A stretch of 20,021 nt of DNA from an uncultured Deinococcales bacterium. Its GTDB lineage: Bacteria > Deinococcota > Deinococci > Deinococcales > JAAFIG01. Numbering within the stretch: the first letter of the stretch is position 1; every line of letters starts with the position of its first letter. Location of the stretch: the NCBI GenBank assembly GCA_964247135.1, contig CAXTTL010000072.1:1-20021 (forward strand). Reading direction: 5' to 3'. This document shows positions 18,025 through 20,021 of the stretch, one piece after another. A model generated the notes under the pieces. The model did no database searches. It was given only the letters and a program-made list of their open reading frames with translations, and was not told the origin of the DNA. Position numbers and translations under genes: made by a program.

Positions 18025-18653
18025 GGCACGCGGCAATCCTGGTGGGTGGGCAGCTCGAGATCACAGCCACGGTACGAAAACGCGCTCGAGAAACCAACCT
18101 GGTGATTGCCGCCGACGGTGGCGCACGCCACGCCAAAACCTTAAACCTCAAACTCGATTTGTGGGTGGGCGATTTTGACTCGAGCGAAGGACTGGCATTT
18201 CCTGGCGTGCCGCGCCTCGAGTTTAATCCCGACAAGGACAGCACCGATTTTGAACTCGCCATTCAAGCCGCCAAAGACGCCGGCGCGACCCGAGCCACGG
18301 TTTTTGGTGCATTCGGGGGACGGTTTGACCACACCCTGGCGATTGCCTTATCTGCCGCCAAGAACGCGCTCGAGGGATTTGAGATTGTGCTCGAGAGCGG
18401 CTTTGAAACGGGTTGGATTCTAACACCGCATCAAAAACTCGAGCTTAACTTGCACCAAAACCAGACCTTCAGCCTGCTGGCGCTCTCCCCCACTGTCACA
18501 GGTCTAAACATCACTGGCGCAAAATGGAACCTCGAGAATGCAACGCTCGGGTTTGGAACCGGTTTTGGGATTTCAAATTTAGCGTTTGGAACTGTCAATT
18601 TGAAGCTCGAGACTGGGTTGGCGTTGGTGATTGCACAGCATAATGTCGCGTAG
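18021..18653 (+). CDS. thiN: Thiamine pyrophosphokinase (thiamine diphosphokinase)
   Basis: IAADGGA, VGDFDS, KDSTDFELA, GAFGGRFDH, G.KW.L and GISN. ATGA overlap with the upstream gene. Confidence 0.93.
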   Translation: MRHAAILVGGQLEITATVRKRARETNLVIAADGGARHAKTLNLKLDLWVGDFDSSEGLAFPGVPRLEFNPDKDSTDFELAIQAAKDAGATRATVFGAFGGRFDHTLAIALSAAKNALEGFEIVLESGFETGWILTPHQKLELNLHQNQTFSLLALSPTVTGLNITGAKWNLENATLGFGTGFGISNLAFGTVNLKLETGLALVIAQHNVA

Positions 18654-18783
18654 GGTGCGCTTCTTGACCATAAAATGCACCTGTCTTGATCCCAAAACGC
18701 ACCTGACGGGCGGGATCGCTGACGGGCATGGTCGCCTCGCGCACCAAGAACTTGTGTACAACGGTGCGCGAGGCGCACCCTAC
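18650..18783. repeat. GTAG-family REP/REPIN-like palindromic cluster
   Basis: Outer inverted repeat GTAGGGTGCGC (18650-60)/GCGCACCCTAC (18773-83). A full REP-like unit GTAG-GGTGCGC-CTC-GCGCACC lies on the minus strand (18783-18763), with a 13-bp inverted partial copy at 18733-45. Confidence 0.78.
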
Positions 18784-18815
18784 AGTTTACGATCAGGTTT
18801 TTGAACGATTTTCAA

Positions 18816-19946
18816 TCAAATCGGCAAGACCTTGAAATCAAAAATTCGTTCCGCCATCCAAATTCCGGCAATGGCAGCAACGGCAAGCGAACCGATGGCA
18901 AGCGTAAAACGGTTGTAAAAGCTCGAGCCTCGCAAACTGAAGGCGAGCGGTAAGAACAGCATCACGATGCTGAGCTGCCCGAGTTCGACGCCGACGTTGA
19001 AGCCGACCAGCGACCGCAGCAGGGTGGCTCGAGTGAGTTCGAGGTCGGTGAGCACGCTGGCAAACCCAAAGCCGTGAATCAATCCAAATCCGAAGGCGAC
19101 CAGCCAACGGCGGCGTTCTTGAACGACTGGAAAGACATTGTTGAGCGCGGCGAGCACCACGGAGGCGGCAATCGTGCTCTCAACCAGTCTCGAGGGCAAG
19201 CTGATGACTTGGAACGCCGCGAGTGAAAGGGTGATCGAGTGCGCGAGGGTGAAGGCGGTCACGATTTTCAGGACGCTCGAGAGTGCGTTTTTGAAATTTC
19301 CGACGGGCATCCAGAGTCCGTTTTCGCGGCGCAACACGCTGGGCAACAAGAGTGCGAGCAAAAACAATATGTGGTCGATGCCGCCCCAAATGTGCAGCAC
19401 ACCCTCACGTACAAACTCGAGGAACTGCGAAACAGGATTTTGCGCATGAAGTTGAACGCTGAGGTTATGGTTTTCGGGGCTGAAAATCGCGGTTTGTGTG
19501 CCATTTATTGTCTCGAGGTTGAGTAAGCCCCGATGTTGCGGGTCGAGGTCAAACAGCAAATTGTAATTGACTTTGAGGCTGCTTGGGTTGCTCGAGCAAT
19601 CGCTGGAAAACGGCATGACCACGTAAGCGCCGTCGGTGTGGTCGTCCACCAAATAACCGCTCGAGCTGAGTTTGCAGGTTTGGTTTTCGCTGCGAACCTC
19701 GAGTTTTGAGAGCAAATAACTTTCCACCGCAACACGGTGCGTTTTCAATTCGCCCCAGGTGATCGCGCCATCGTCGTTATCGTCAAGCCCAATCGCATAA
19801 TCCAGGTCGCGCAGCGCCACATCCCAGCGTCCAGTCAGACTGGCGTTTTTCAGGTTGATGTTGAGGTACGAATCGCTCGGTTTGTGCGCCAAGGCAAGGC
19901 TCGAGCAGAACAAAATTGAGAAAAGGAACATCAAGGCACGTTTCAT
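18816..19946 (-). CDS. HupE/UreJ family membrane protein with an N-terminal extracytoplasmic domain
   Basis: Signal ALA|HKPSDSY, D.NDDG.ITWGE, G..HIWGGIDHILFL, TAFTLAHSITL, VE..IAASV, FGLIHGFGFA and FNVGVELGQ. Confidence 0.92.
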   Translation of the reverse strand: MKRALMFLFSILFCSSLALAHKPSDSYLNINLKNASLTGRWDVALRDLDYAIGLDDNDDGAITWGELKTHRVAVESYLLSKLEVRSENQTCKLSSSGYLVDDHTDGAYVVMPFSSDCSSNPSSLKVNYNLLFDLDPQHRGLLNLETINGTQTAIFSPENHNLSVQLHAQNPVSQFLEFVREGVLHIWGGIDHILFLLALLLPSVLRRENGLWMPVGNFKNALSSVLKIVTAFTLAHSITLSLAAFQVISLPSRLVESTIAASVVLAALNNVFPVVQERRRWLVAFGFGLIHGFGFASVLTDLELTRATLLRSLVGFNVGVELGQLSIVMLFLPLAFSLRGSSFYNRFTLAIGSLAVAAIAGIWMAERIFDFKVLPI

Positions 19947-20020
19947 TTCAAACCCTCTTTCACCTGGACCACAAGTTTGGCGATTCGGACATCCTCGAGC
20001 TTGGTCGCATTAAACCACTC
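19943..20020 (-). CDS. 3' end of an upstream gene (partial), possibly the TPR-type partner often found before HupE/UreJ genes
   Basis: Open frame EWFNATKLEDVRIAKLVVQVKEGLK* whose TGA overlaps the HupE/UreJ ATG (ATGA). Product guessed only from the W...T.LED tail and context. Confidence 0.6.
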   Translation of the reverse strand, partial: EWFNATKLEDVRIAKLVVQVKEGLK

Positions 20021-20021
20021 G

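Larger units (their letters stand above)
132..19999. repeat. Dispersed, highly iterated palindrome CTCGAG
   Basis: About 137 exact copies by manual count (one per about 146 bp), in coding and intergenic DNA. Confidence 0.95.

Overview
Ordinary-looking bacterial chromosomal window, roughly 54% GC by eye, probably Deinococcota (inferred from leaderless gene starts and gene content, not from a marker gene). It holds 14 complete CDS plus the 3' end of a 15th: BON-BON-LysM, secreted WD40 protein, CPBP protease, degenerate GH57, DUF456, adenylate kinase-like, GT4, small beta-barrel, M20 peptidase, secreted HET-C-like/C2-like/tectonin protein, LysE/ArgO exporter, AfsR/SARP-STAND-TPR regulator, AlbA_2-HATPase_c_4-HTH protein, thiamine pyrophosphokinase and HupE/UreJ (the last is complete; the partial gene lies upstream of it). 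The strongest unexplained signal is the palindrome CTCGAG: about 137 copies by hand count against about 5-6 expected, in all reading frames and in intergenic DNA, resembling cyanobacterial HIP1. Other notable items are a 146-bp IS5-type MITE with a TTA duplication, an AfsR-box-like 3x11-bp repeat in front of the exporter, a probable GH57 pseudoenzyme, a GTAG-type REP cluster and six leaderless -10/start pairs. No rRNA, tRNA or CRISPR array was seen.
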